A DNA stretch of 62,947 bases, filler included, from Nemertoderma westbladi (Eukaryota > Animalia > Xenacoelomorpha), in NCBI GenBank assembly GCA_032718475.1. It is 3 parts of 3 records of this genome, joined end to end, with 100 filler letters (N's around TTAATTAATTAA, not from the genome) between each part and the next. Parts side by side here need not be neighbours in the genome. Positions count along the whole stretch, not along the records: positions 1 to 26,716 come from JAUCBJ010002607.1; 2 more parts are not named here. One strand, 5' to 3'. Positions 1-13,500 of the stretch are shown one piece after another. The notes under the pieces were generated by a model. The model worked only from the letters and a program-made list of their open reading frames with translations, made no database searches and was not told the origin of the DNA. Each line of letters begins with the position of its first letter. Within the stretch, counting starts at the first letter, position 1. The translations under genes were made by a program, and so were the position numbers.

Positions 1-1308
1 CTGTTTATATATTTAAAGCGCCACGTCCTAAAGGAACTGTTAATATTTCCCGAAAGTGAATAATATTTGTCAGAGATTATATATATTACGATCAGTCGAA
101 TAATAGTCGAGCAATACGGTTAGGCTCCCGAATCCAGTCTCCCGGGTATATCCAGCGGGTGAATGATCGCGCATAGACTGGCTTCGGCTAATGTAGTGTA
201 TCAAATACTTGTCATAGGCTAAAGACTATCTATCATCTAAAAGACATCCCAATTTGGCAGGTTAAACTGCTAAAGGTCTGAAAGCGCGAACAGGGTACCT
301 TAACTATTAAGGACTATACGTATCTCGGCTGTCTGGATGCAATTTATCGGGCAATATCACTGACCTGATTACAACAAATGTGTTTCGTAAGTATAAACTG
401 TTCCTTTCAAGATGTGGGAAAAGGCAATATCTCTGTATTTATGATTTACTGTGAATTATATCCAACAATGAAAATGTGAATTTGAACTGAATTATGAAAA
501 TAACGCGGTCAAGTCTGACTACGGACTAATAAAACTTTATTTTACCAACTGTCATTGGAATAAGTGTTATTGCGGAGGTGAGGTAGTTATAGCACAATAA
601 TAGGCTGATAGGGCGTCATACAAACCAATGAGTTGGATTGAGACAACTAACAATTATTGGTATATGACTAACTCACCAGTCTGCTCGTATTATCATTGAG
701 AATAACAACCAGTTTAGATTGCGATCTTTGATGTTCAATGTTATTGATACATTTGAATGATAACAAACAAATAATTAATGCAAATTAACACTAATCCGTA
801 GACTGTACCATACCGTACAGACCGTACCGGTAATAATTCAGGTCTCATAATTTACAATACTCAGCGGAAATGCCACCTACTAAATTCATAGTCAAGTAAC
901 AAGACAGAGATGCATTGGACAAAAGGCGTTATTATAGTTTCCACTGAAGCCTGTTAAAGTCATCTAATTGGTTGGAAGGGAAACCAATAGGAACAACGCT
1001 AGTTCTAATTATTCTGATTTAAAGGAAATTATACCGCGCAAGGCGAAATAAGTAACTAGAGTTAAATCATTATAGTAACTCAATGTTAAAACTAATACAC
1101 TTCACTATAAACATTCTTGGGACTTCTAATTTCCAAACACTGGCTGTGCACAAGGTGCGATACTATAAATATAGAACTCGTGTTAGTTATCAATTTGGAT
1201 GAATATTTTTGTTCTAGAACACTTTTTCCAGAACATTTTTTGTAAAAAAAATATCATCCTACTGTACTGTATATGATTCTTTAGTTGCCATTATTTACCT
1301 GTTATGAT

Positions 1309-1567
1309 GTCGCAGTGTCCGAGTGGATACGGCGCCTGAACTGCTTACACAATAGTGTTTGGTGGTGCATGTTCGAATCCGACTAAAGGCTGTAGAAATT
1401 TCGCACTGTTGTGTCCCTAGGCAAGACACTTTAGACATTAGTGCCTACGCCAACCCAGCGGTATAATGGGAACCTGGCTTTGCTGGGGTAATGATAATAA
1501 AAGCGCTTTGAGTATGCTGAGCGTAGAAAAGCGCTATATAAATAACCAATATTATTATTATTATTAT
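1309..1567 (+). mobile_element. tRNA-derived SINE with L2/CR1-type 3' tail
   Basis: Pol III A-box-like GTGTCCGAGTGG (~1316) and B-box GTTCGAATCC (1371). Central GTGTCCCTAGGCAAGACACTT...CCAACCCAGCGGTATAATGGG resembles conserved SINE core domains. The 3' end AAAGCGCTTTGAG...AAAGCGCTATATAAAT is followed by a (TAT)n tail. Confidence 0.75.
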
Positions 1568-1749
1568 ACTGTACATACAAAAATATTCTAACCCGAAAAT
1601 ATTCCGAGAATATTCGTCGCACTAGGTGCAATTGCAAGTAAATGACCACGACCACGACCACACCCCCCCCCCCCCCCCCCCCCCCTGTGGTACAGTATAT
1701 ACTGGGAGAAATACTAAAGTCGTGGTACAGTATAACGTGTATAAATATA

Positions 1750-1913
1750 GTGGCTAAATTCCAGAATGCCTTTAGGGAACTCTTAGGATTTATACTACAG
1801 TTCCCCTAAAGCACTAAGGCATTTTGGCATTTACGCTGGATGCAATTATTTAGGTACCTGGAGAAAATGCCAAAGTGCCTTTTGAGAACTATTCGTGTGA
1901 CTTAGCCACACGT
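1750..1913. mobile_element. Short non-autonomous dispersed element, copy 1 (MITE or Helentron/HINE-like)
   Basis: Near-identical second copy at 34194-34352. GTGGCTAA...TTAGCCAC inverted pair at the ends, internal stem TTTAGGGAACT/AGTTCCCCTAAA, terminal hairpin CGTGTG-ACTTAGC-CACACG. Confidence 0.6.
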
Positions 1914-2779
1914 CTGTTACAGTGGTACAGTGTTACCGGTACGTCTTCAGGTCGTTGGCGCCACCCGCCAATCATGCTCGGCAACGGCAACCTTGCAGCC
2001 ATGGAAGTTTTGAAATTATGCGGACTTAAAGACAGACTGACATATTGTCAGGTTGTACCAGCTAACATTTATTCCATGTTCCGGTATCCACTACTGCACT
2101 AGGTACCCCAACAGCCCAATACTACAATACCCAGCAACGTTTTGGAATTGTCCGGTACTCAAACCACTCGCCATCAAGGCCACCACCTCTGTCTGTCGTA
2201 GTGTCGTTGGCGACCTCGACTTTTGGTATCTCTACTGCGCTAGCGCTACGGGCAAACTGGACTAACGGGGACTGAAGAATGCATTGAATTTTTTGAGTAG
2301 TTTGACTGTGGACTTCTATGACATCGATGCCAGGCTGCCAATGCGAAAGTTTTTTTAAAGTAAAAGTTTGGATAAATTTTCTTAATTATTTATTTAAATT
2401 TCTCAAGTACCGATTTTGGGATAGAATTGCTCAATTTTAATCTGTATCTAATAACTGACCCTCGTCCTGCGCGATGGCCCCACGAACGTGTTTAATGTTG
2501 CATACGTAAGATAATTTACATGTTTCGGGGATAGGCTACGTAGATCAAAGATTTTGCACTTATTACCAATGGAACGTAACTTGGCGCCGCTGCGTGTCCT
2601 ACAATCATTAAGCGTTAACAGTGCTAAGAAGCATAGAATACATTTACGGGAAACATGTTAGCTATTTACAAATGTAACAAACCGAGATTGCACCATAATA
2701 CTAGGACATCACCCCGTCAACTCTAATTTTCCCAACAGGTTCCACCCATGCAGGCCCCATAGACCTTTTGGCTTTTGCA

Positions 2780-2905
2780 ATGATATTGGTATAAAAATCA
2801 ATTTGTTCTCTCAGGCAAATCTCTCGCAAATTGATACCATAATATTGGAGACCATGTAATGAGGGACATAAGAGAAATATATCGTCTGCGTAAGCCAGAC
2901 GGATT
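2780..2905 (-). pseudogene. Degenerate non-LTR reverse transcriptase fragment
   Basis: Minus strand reads RLAYADDIFLLCPSLHGLQ, with YADD at 2892-2881. After a frameshift it continues MVSICERFA*ENKLIF. Confidence 0.6.
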
Positions 2906-4126
2906 CATCTAATTTGATTAGTAGCGAATTCAGAGTATCGCAGAATAAAATTGGCGAGGCCTATATTCCTAGAGATGGTTCTTTAATGTTGCCTAGGTAA
3001 TTCCAAATACATTTAATTGAAGCATTCATATTTTGTAAATTAGATTTTAATAGTAATATAATTTATATTTCACATTAATATCAATATTATTATACTTTTT
3101 GGTACCACCTGTAGGCCTAAGGTTACACCTTGGCGCTCTAAACTATATGCCATGATACCAGAATAGATTAGCAACAGGTACCTTGGGGGTCGCTAGAAAT
3201 TTTGTGAGTATGTACTACAGTAGCCTTGAGGAGGGACAAAATGACACAGAACGCAGGGAAATTGCAAATAGGAGCCTACATGGATATTCGAAAATGAACA
3301 TTTTGTATAAATTATAAGACATTTTAAGTATTTTATTTTTATTCTATCAAGGAAATTGCTTTGCTTTGAAAGCTGGCATTCATTACTACTACACTTTATT
3401 AATACCTATAGACCAGTTTTTTTTTTATTATCTAGAACATGTTAGCTATCAATTAAGAAAACTATTAATGTTTTAGAACACCTTTTCTTGTTCTAGAACA
3501 TTTTATTTAAAAAAACATACGTTTTTTAACTAGATAGTTTTGGCTACTTGTTTTAAATGTTCTAGAACATTTAAATGTCTATCAATTCGAAAATTCAAAA
3601 TATCTATCAATTAAGATAAATATTAATGTTATAGGGCACATTTTTTTGCTGTCGAAAATCTTTAAAAATAAATTTATTAGTGCAGGGATCATTATACATT
3701 AACAACCCGTATCACAAGCTATCACCTATTACTAGCTACCACCTTAATGTCAGAAGGTAAATATTTGTTCTAGAACAAAAAACCTCATGATAAATGCCAT
3801 TTTCATATGAAACAAATTGAGTACCCAAGGCGTAGTAATGCCCAAATTTGGTGAAGGTCAAACGGTTTCAAATTTCATAAAATCTCATAAGATTTGTAGA
3901 TATAATTTGGGAGATTGTCATTACTACATTACTTTCTGCGGCGAGGTGTATTAAATTGAAGTTGGCTACAGGTAGAGTTTTTTGTGTTGGTTTAGTTCTT
4001 CTAGTGTTGTATAGTTAAATTAATTGTTCAAAAACATTGTAGTAATATTTCACGAAATATATTATTCCTGTAACATTTGGAATTTTATTGCAATTAAGTT
4101 ATCAATCATAAATATGCGAGGTTGTT

Positions 4127-4505
4127 ATGGATGCTTATGATGTTGTTGTCGATAGGCATGGTAAAGAGGTCCATATTCCGATTCGAGTTCAGCCTCCATC
4201 AAGTCAGAGTGAGGCAGAGGAAGAAAGAAGAAAAGAGTCGTCGGAGGGATATGGGAAAACAAATATAAAGGACAATGAAGGGAATAATGTTAATGAACCA
4301 AATATGGGTGATAATATAAAGAAAATGTCAACCTGTTGTTGGAATAATACAAAGAAAATGTCATTCTGTTGTTGGAAATATACAAAGAAAATGTCAACCG
4401 GATGTTTTTGGATAGTTTGCGGAGACTCTTCCAAATGGACGGTAAAAAAGAAAATTGGTGTCAGTGTACTTTTAGGTGCAACCCTCTCAGTTGCTACTTG
4501 TGCAG
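4127..4505 (+). CDS. Probable first coding exon of an MFS (oxalate:formate antiporter-like) transporter: cytoplasmic N-terminus plus start of TM1
   Basis: ATG-initiated ORF with a hydrophilic N-terminus, three KKMSxCCW-like repeats, then KKKIGVSVLLGATLSVATCAG, which resembles TM1 of animal OFA-like MFS proteins. It ends at a phase-1 donor CAG|GTTAGA (4505/4506). Linkage to the 36275 exon is inferred and crosses a scaffold gap. Confidence 0.6.
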
Positions 4506-7500
4506 GTTAGACCGATCGTTGTTTTAGTTTGTATTTGTGCAGGTTATAACGATTGTTTCAGTTTGTATTTGTGCAGGTTAGACCGATTGTATCAGTTTGT
4601 ATTTCTGCAGGTTAGAACGATTGTTTCAGTTTGTATTTGTGCAGGTTAGAACGATTGTTTCAGTTTGTATTTGTGCAGGTTAGAACGATTGTTTCAGTTT
4701 GTATTTGTGCAGGTTAGAACGATTGTTTAAGTTTGTATTTGTGCAGTTTATAACCATTGTTTTTGTTTGTATTTGTGCAGGTTAGAACGATTGTTTCAGT
4801 TTGTATTTGTGCAGGTTATAACGATTGTTTCAGTTTGTATTTGTGCAGGTTAGAACGATTGTTTCAGTTTGTATTTGTGCAGGTTAGAACGATTGTTTCA
4901 GTTTGTATTTGTGCAGTTTATAACCATTGTTTCTGTTTGTATTTGTGCAGGTTATAACGATTGTTTCAGTTTGTATTTCTGCAGGTTATATTGATTGTTT
5001 CAGTTTGTATTTGTGCAGGTTAGTACGATTGTTTCAGTTTGTATTTGTGCAGGTTATAACGATTGTTTCAGTTTGTATTTCTGCAGTTTATATTGATTGT
5101 TTCAGTTTGTATTTGTGCAGGTTAGAACGAATGTTTCAGTTTGTATTTGTGCAGGTTAGAACGATTGTTTCAGTTTGTATTTGTGCAGGTTAGAACGATT
5201 GTTTCAGTTTGTATTTGTGCAGGTTAGACCGTTGTTTCAGTTTGTATTTGTGCAGGTTATAACGATTGTTTCAGTTTGTATTTGTGCAGGTTATAACGAT
5301 TGTTTCAGTTTGTATTTGTGCAGGTTAGAACGATTGTTTCAGTTTGTATTTGTGCAGGTTAGACCGTTGTTTCAGTTTGTATTTGTGCAGGTTATAACGA
5401 TTGTTTCAGTTTGTATTTGTGCAGGTTAGAACGATTGTTTCAGTTTGTATTTGTGCAGGTTAGACCGTTGTTTCAGTTTGTATTTGTGCACGTTAGAACG
5501 ATTGTTTCAGTTTGTATTTGTGCAGGTTATAACGATTGTTTCAGTTTGTATTTGTGCAGGTTAGAACGATTGTTTCAGTTTGTATTTGTGCAGGTTAGAC
5601 CGTTGTTTCAGTTTGTATTTGTGCAGGTTATAACGATTGTTTCAGTTTGTATTTGTGCAGGTTATAACGATTGTTTCAGTTTGTATTTGTGCAGGTTAGT
5701 ACGATTGTTTCAGTTTGTATTTGTGCAGGTTATAACCATTGTTTCAGTTTGTATTTGTGCAGGTTAGAACGATTGTTTCAGTTTGTATTTGTGCAGGTTA
5801 GACCGTTGTTTTAGTTTGTATTTGTGCAGGTTATAACGATTGATTCAGTTTGTATTTTTGCAGGTTATATTGATTGTTTCAGTTTGTATTTGTGCAGGTT
5901 AGAACGATTGTTTCAGTTTGTATTTGTGCAGGTTAGAACGATTGTTTCAGTTCGTATTTGTGCAGGTTAGACCGTTGTTTCAGTTTGTATTTGTGCAGGT
6001 TAGAACGATTGATTCAGTTTGTATTTGTGCAGGTTATAACGATTGTTTCAGTTTGTATTTGTGCAGGTTAGTACGATTGTTTCAGTTTGTATTTGTGCAG
6101 GTTATAACGATTGTTTCAGTTTGTATTTTTGCAGGTTATATTGATTGTTTCAGTTTGTATTTGTGCAGGTTAGAACGATTGTTTCAGTTTGTATTTGTGC
6201 AGGTTATAACCATTGTTTCAGTTTGTATTTGTGCAGGTTAGAACGATTGTTTCAGTTTGTATTTCTGCAGGTTAGTCCGATTGTTTCAGTTTGTATTTCT
6301 GCAGGTTAGAACGATTGTTTCAGTTTGTATTTCTGAAGGTTAGAACGACTGTTTCAGTTTGTATTTCTGCAGGTTAGAACGATTGTTTCAGTTTGTATTT
6401 CTGCAGGTTAGAACGATTGTTTCAGTTTGTATTTCTGCAGGTTAGAACGATTGTTTCAGTTTGTATTTGTGCAGGTTAGACAGTCGTTTCAGTTTGTATT
6501 TATGCAGGTTAGAACGATTGTTTCAGTTTGTATTTGTGCAGGTTAGAACGATTGTTTCAGTTTGTATTTGTGCAGGTTAGACCGTTGTTTCAGTTTGTAT
6601 TTGTGCAGGTTATAACGATTGTTTCAGTTTGTATTTTTGCAGGTTATATTGATTGTTTCAGTTTGTATTTGTGCAGGTTATAACGATTGTTTCAGTTTGT
6701 ATTTGGGCAGGTTAGTACGATTGTTTCAGTTTGTATTTGTGCAGGTTATAACCATTGTTTCAGTTTGAATTTGTGCAGGTTAGAACGATTGTTTCAGTTT
6801 GTATTTGTGCAGGTTAGACCGTTGTTTCAGTTTGTATTTGTGCAGGTTAGAACGGTTGTTTCAGTTTGTATTTGTGCAGGTTATAACCATTGTTTCAGTT
6901 TGTATTTGTGCAGGTTAGAACGATTGTTTCAGTTTGTATTTCTGCAGGTTAGTCCGATAGTTTCAGTTTGTATTTCTGCAGGTTAGAACGATTGTTTCAG
7001 TTTGTATTTCTGCAGGTTAGAACGACTGTTTCAGTTTGTATTTCTGCAGGTTAGAACGATTGTTTCAGTTTGTATTTCTGCAGGTTAGAACGATTGTTTC
7101 AGTTTGTATTTCTGCAGGTTAGAACGATTGTTTCAGTTTTTATTTGGGCAGGTTAGACAGTTGTTTCAGTTTGTATTTATGCAGGTTAGAACGATTGTTT
7201 CAGTTTGTATTTGTGCAGGTTAGAACGATTGTTTCAGTTTGTATTTGGGCAGGTTAGACCGTTGTTTCAGTTTGTATTTGTGCAGGTTATAACGATTGTT
7301 TCAGTTTGTATTTTTGCAGGTTATATTGATTGTTTCAGTTTGTATTTGTGCAGGTTATAACGATTGTTTCAGTTTGTATTTGTGCAGGTTAGTACGATTG
7401 TTTCAGTTTGTATTTGTGCAGGTTATAACCATTGTTTCAGTTTGTATTTGTGCAGGTTAGAACGATTGTTTCAGTTTGTATTTGTGCAGGTTAGACCGTT

Positions 7501-10500
7501 GTTTCAGTTTGTATTTGTGCAGGTTATAACGATTGTTTCAGTTTGTAATTTTGCAGGTTATATTGATTGTTTCAGTTTGTATTTGTGCAGGTTAGACCGA
7601 TTGTTTCAGTTTGTATTTGTGCAGGTTAGAACGATTGTTTCAGTTTGTATTTGTGCAGGTTAGAACGATTGTTTCAGTTTGTATTTGTGCAGGTTATAAC
7701 GATTGTTTCAGTTTGTATTTCTGCAGGTTAGATCGATTGTTTCAGTTTGTATTTCTGCAGGTTAGACCGATTGTTTCAGTTTGTATTTCTGCAGGTTAGA
7801 ACGATTGTTTTAGTTTGTATTTCTGCAGGTTAGAACGACTGTTTCAGTTTGTATTTCTGCAGGTTAGAACGATTGTTTCAGTTTGTATTTCTGCAGGTTA
7901 GAACGATTGTTTCAGTTTGTATTTCTGCAGGATAGAACGATTGTTTCAGTTTGTATTTGTGCAGGTTAGACCGTTGTTTCAGTTTGTATTTGTGCAGGAT
8001 ATAACGATTGTTTCAGTTTGTATTTTTGCAGGTTATATTTATTGTTTCAGTTTGTATTTGTGCAGGTTAGAACGATTGTTTCAGTTTGTATTTGTGCAGG
8101 TTATAACCATTGTTTCAGTTTGTATTTGTGCAGGTTAGAACGATTGTTTCAGTTTGTATTTCTGCAGGTTAGACCGATTGTTTCAGTTTGTATTTGTGCA
8201 GGTTATAACGATTGTTTCAGTTTGTATTTGTGCAGGTTAGTACGATTGTTTCAGTTTGTATTTGTGCAGGTTATAACCATTGTTTCAGTTTGTATTTGTG
8301 CAGGTTAGAACGATTGTTTCAGTTTGTATTTGTGCAGGTTAGACCGTTGTTTCAGTTTGTATTTGTGCAGGTTATAACGATTGTTTCAGTTTGTATTTTT
8401 GCAGGTTATATTGATTGTTTCAGTTTGTATTTGTGCAGGTTAGACCGATTGTTTCAGTTTGTATTTGTGCAGGTTAGTACGATTGTTTCAGTTTGTATTT
8501 GTGCAGGTTATAACGATTGTTTCAGTTTGTATTTTTGCAGGTTATATTGATTGTTTCAGTTTGTATTTGTGCAGGTTAGAACGATTGTTTCAGTTTGTAT
8601 TTGTGCAGGTTATAACCATTGTTTCAGTTTGTATTTGTGCAGGTTAGAACGATTGTTTCAGTTTGTATTTCTGCAGGTTAGTCCGATTGTTTCAGTTTGT
8701 ATTTCTGCAGGTTAGAACGATTGTTTCAGTTTGTATTTCTGCAGGTTAGAACGACTGTTTCAGTTTGTATTTCTGCAGGTTAGAACGATTGTTTCAGTTT
8801 GTATTTCTGCAGGTTAGATCGATTGTTTCAGTTTGTATTTCTGCAGGTTAGAACGATTGTTTCAGTTTGTATTTCTGCAGGTTAGAACGTCTGTTTCAGT
8901 TTGTATTTCTGCAGGTTAGAACGATTGTTTCAGTTTGTATTTCTGCAGGTTAGAACGATTGTTTCAGTTTGTATTTCTGCAGGTTAGAACGATTGTTTCA
9001 GTTTGTATTTGTGCAGGTTAGACAGTTGTTTCAGTTTGTATTTGTGCTGGTTAGAACGATTGTTTCAGTTCGTATTTGTGCAGGTTAGACCGTTGTTTCA
9101 GTTTGTATTTGTGCAGGTTATAACCATTGTTTCAGTTTGTATTTGTGCAGGTTAGAACGATTGTTTCAGTTTGTATTTGTGCAGGTTAGACCGTTGTTTC
9201 AGTTTGTATTTGTGCAGGTTATAACGATTGTTTCAGTTTGTATTTTTGCAGGTTATATTGATTGTTTCAGTTTGTATTTGTGCAGGTTAGAACGATTGTT
9301 TCAGTTTGTATTTGTGCAGGTTATAACGATTGTTTCAGTTTGTATTTCTGCAGGTTAGATCGATTGTTTCAGTTTGTATTTCTGCAGGTTAGACCGATTG
9401 TTTCAGTTTGTATTTCTGCAGGTTAGAACGATTGTTTTAGTTTGTATTTCTGCAGGTTAGAACGACTGTTTCAGTTTGTATTTCTGCAGGTTAGAACGAT
9501 TGTTTCAGTTTGTATTTCTGCAGGTTAGAACGATTGTTTCAGTTTGTATTTCTGCAGGATAGAACAATTGTTTCAGTTTGTATTTGTGCAGGTTAGACCG
9601 TTGTTTCAGTTTGTATTTGTGCAGGATATAACGATTGTTTCAGTTTGTATTTTTGCAGGTTATATTGATTGTTTCAGTTTGTATTTGTGCAGGTTAGAAC
9701 GATTGTTTCAGTTTGTATTTGTGCAGGTTATAACCATTTTTTCAGTTTGTATTTGTGCAGGTTAGAACGATTGTTTCAGTTTGTATTTGTGCAGGTTAGA
9801 CCGTTGTTTCAGTTTGTATTTGTGCAGGTTATAACGATTGTTTCAGTTTGTATTTTTGCAGGTTATATTGATTGTTTCAGTTTGTATTTGTGCAGGTTAG
9901 AACGATTGTTTCAGTTTGTATTTGTGCAGGTTATAACGATTGTTTCAGTTTGTATTTCTGCAGGTTAGATCGATTGTTTCAGTTTGTATTTCTGCAGGTT
10001 AGACCGATTGTTTCAGTTTGTATTTCTGCAGGTTAGAACGATTGTTTTAGTTTGTATTTCTGCAGGTTAGAACGACTGTTTCAGTTTGTATTTCTGCAGG
10101 TTAGAACGATTGTTTCAGTTTGTATTTCTGCAGGTTAGAACGATTGTTTCAGTTTGTATTTCTGCAGGATAGAACAATTGTTTCAGTTTGTATTTGTGCA
10201 GGTTAGACCGTTGTTTCAGTTTGTATTTGTGCAGGATATAACGATTGTTTCAGTTTGTATTTTTGCAGGTTATATTGATTGTTTCAGTTTGTATTTGTGC
10301 AGGTTAGAACGATTGTTTCAGTTTGTATTTGTGCAGGTTATAACCATTGTTTCAGTTTGTATTTGTGCAGGTTAGAACGATTGTTTCAGTTTGTATTTCT
10401 GCAGGTTAGTCCGATTGTTTCAGTTTGTATTTCTGCAGGTTAGAACGATTGTTTCAGTTTGTATTTATGCAGGTTAGAACGACTGTTTCAGTTTGTATTT

Positions 10501-13500
10501 CTGCAGGTTAGAACGATTGTTTCAGTTTGTATTTCTGCAGGTTAGAACGATTGTTTCAGTTTGTATTTCTGCAGGTTAGAACGATTGTTTCAGTTTGTAT
10601 TTCTGCAGGTTAGAACGACTGTTTCAGTTTGTATTTCTGCAGGTTAGAACGATTGTTTCAGTTTGTATTTCTGCAGGTTAGAACGATTGTTTCAGTTTGT
10701 ATTTCTGCAGGTTAGAACGATTGTTTCAGTTTGTATTTGTGCAGGTTAGACAGTTGTTTCAGTTTGTGTTTGTGCTGGTTAGAACGATTGTTTCAGTTTG
10801 TATTTTTGCAGGTTATATTGATTGTTTCAGTTTGTATTTGTGCAGGTTAGAACGATTGTTTCAGTTTGTATTTGTGCAGGTTAGTACGATTGTTTCAGTT
10901 TGTATTTGTGCAGGTTATAACGATTGTTTCAGTTTGTATTTTTGCAGGTTATATTTATTGTTTCAGTTTGTATTTGTGCAGGTTAGAACGATTGTTTCAG
11001 TTTGTATTTGTGAAGGTTATAACCATTGTTTCAGTTTGTATTTGTGCAGGTTAGAACGATTGTTTCAGTTTGTATTTCTGCAGGTTAGACCGATTGTTTC
11101 AGTTTGTATTTGTGCAGGTTATAACGATTGTTTCAGTTTGTATTTGTGCAGGTTAGTACGATTGTTTCAGTTTGTATTTGTGCAGGTTATAACCATTGTT
11201 TCAGTTTGTATTTGGGCAGGTTAGAACGATTGTTTCAGTTTGTATTTGTGCAGGTTAGACCGTTGTTTCAGTTTGTATTTGTGCAGGTTATAACGATTGT
11301 TTCAGTTTGTATTTTTGCAGGTTATATTGATTGTTTCAGTTTGTATTTGTGCAGGTTAGACCGATTGTTTCAGTTTGTATTTGTGCAGGTTAGTACGATT
11401 GTTTCAGTTTGTATTTGTGCAGGTTAGAACGATTGTTTCAGTTTGTATTTGTGCAGGTTATAACGATTGTTTCAGTTTGTATTTCTGCAAGTTAAAACGA
11501 TTGTTTCAGTTTGTATTTGTGCAGGTTAGACCGTTGTTTCAGTTTGTATTTGTGCAGGTTAGAACGATTGTTTCAGTTTGTATTTGTGCAGGTTATAACG
11601 ATTGTTTCAGTTTGTATTTTTGCAGGTTATATTGATTGTTTCAGTTTGTATTTGTGCAGGTTAGAACGATTGTTTCAGTTTGTATTTGTGCAGGTTATAA
11701 CCATTGTTTCAGTTTGTATTTGTGCAGGTTAGAACGATTGTTTCAGTTTGTATTTGTGCAGGTTAGAACGATTGTTTCAGTTTGTATTTGTGTAGGTTAG
11801 AACGATTGTTTCAGTTTGTATTTGTGCAGGTAAAACAAATCTTTCAGTTTGTATTTGTGCAGGTTAGAACGATTGTTTCAGTTTGTATTTGTGCAGGTAA
11901 AAACAGTTGTTTCCGTTTGTATTTGTGCTGGTTAGAACGTTTGTTTCAGTTTGTATTTGTGCAGGTTAGGACGATTGTTTCAGTTTGTATTTGTGCAGGT
12001 TAGAACGATTGTTTCAGTTTGTATTTGTGCAGGTTAGACCGTTGTTTCAGTTTGTATTTGTGCAGGTTAGAACAATTGTTTCAGTTTTGTATTTGTGCAG
12101 GTTATAACGATTGTTTTAGTTTGTATTTCTGCAGGTTAGAACGATTGTTTCAGTTTGTATTTGTGCAGGTTAGAACGATTGTTTCAGTTTGTATTTGTGC
12201 AGGTTATAACCATCGTTTCAGTTTGTATTTGTGCAGGTTAGAACGATTGTTTCAGTTTGTATTTGTGCAGGTTAGAACGATTGTTTCAGTTTGTATTTGT
12301 GCAGGTTAGAACGATTGTTTCAGTTTGTATTTCTGCAGGTTAGACCGATTGTTTCAGTTTGTATTTCTGCAGGTTAGAACGATTGTTTCAGTTTGTATTT
12401 CTGCAGGTTAGAATGACTGTTTCAGTTTGTATTTCTGCAGGTTAGAACGATTGTTTCAGTTTGTATTTCTGCAGGTTAGAACGATTGTTTCAGTTTGTAT
12501 TTCTGCAGGTAAGAACGATTGTTTCAGTTTGTATTAGTGCAGGTTAGAACGATTGTTTCAGTTTGTATTTGTGCAGGTTAGAACGATTGTTTCAGTTTGT
12601 ATTTGTGCAGGTTATAACGATTGTTTCAGTTTGTATTTCTGCAGGTTAGAACGATTGTTTCAGTTTGTATTTCTGCAGGTTAGACCGATTGTTTCAGTTT
12701 GTATTTCTGCAGGTTAGAACGATTGTTTTAGTTTGTATTTCTGCAGGTTAGAACGACTGTTTCAGTTTGTATTTCTGCAGGTTAGAACGATTGTTTCAGT
12801 TTGTATTTCTGCAGGTTAGAACGATTGTTTCAGTTTGTATTTCTGCAGGATAGAACGATTGTTTCAGTTTGTATTTGTGCAGGTTAGACCGTTGTTTCAG
12901 TTTGTATTTGTGCAGGATATAACGATTGTTTCAGTTTGTATTTTTGCAGGTTATATTGATTGTTTCAGTTTGTATTTGTGCAGGTTAGAACGATTGTTTC
13001 AGTTTGTATTTGTGCAGGTTATAACCATTGTTTCAGTTTGTATTTGTGCAGGTTAGAACGATTGTTTCAGTTTGTATTTCTGCAGGTTAGACCGATTATT
13101 TCAGTTTGTATTTCTGCAGGTTAGAACGATTGTTTCAGTTTGTATTTCTGCAGGTTAGAACGACTGTTTCAGTTTGTATTTCTGCAGGTTAGAACGATTG
13201 TTTCAGGTTGTATTTCTGCAGGTTAGAACGATTGTTTCAGTTTGTATTTCTGCAGGTTAGAACGATTGTTTCAGTTTGTATTTGTGCAGGTTAAACCGTT
13301 GTTTCAGTTTGTATTTGTGCAGGTTAGAACGATTGTTTCATTTCGTATTTGTGCAGGTTAGACCGTTGTTTCAGTTTGTATTTGTGCAGGTTAGAGCGAT
13401 TGTTTCAGTTTGTATTTGTGCAGGTTATAACGATTATTTCAGTTTGTATTTCTGCAAGTTAAAACGATTGTTTCAGTTTGTAATTGTGCAGGTTAGACCG

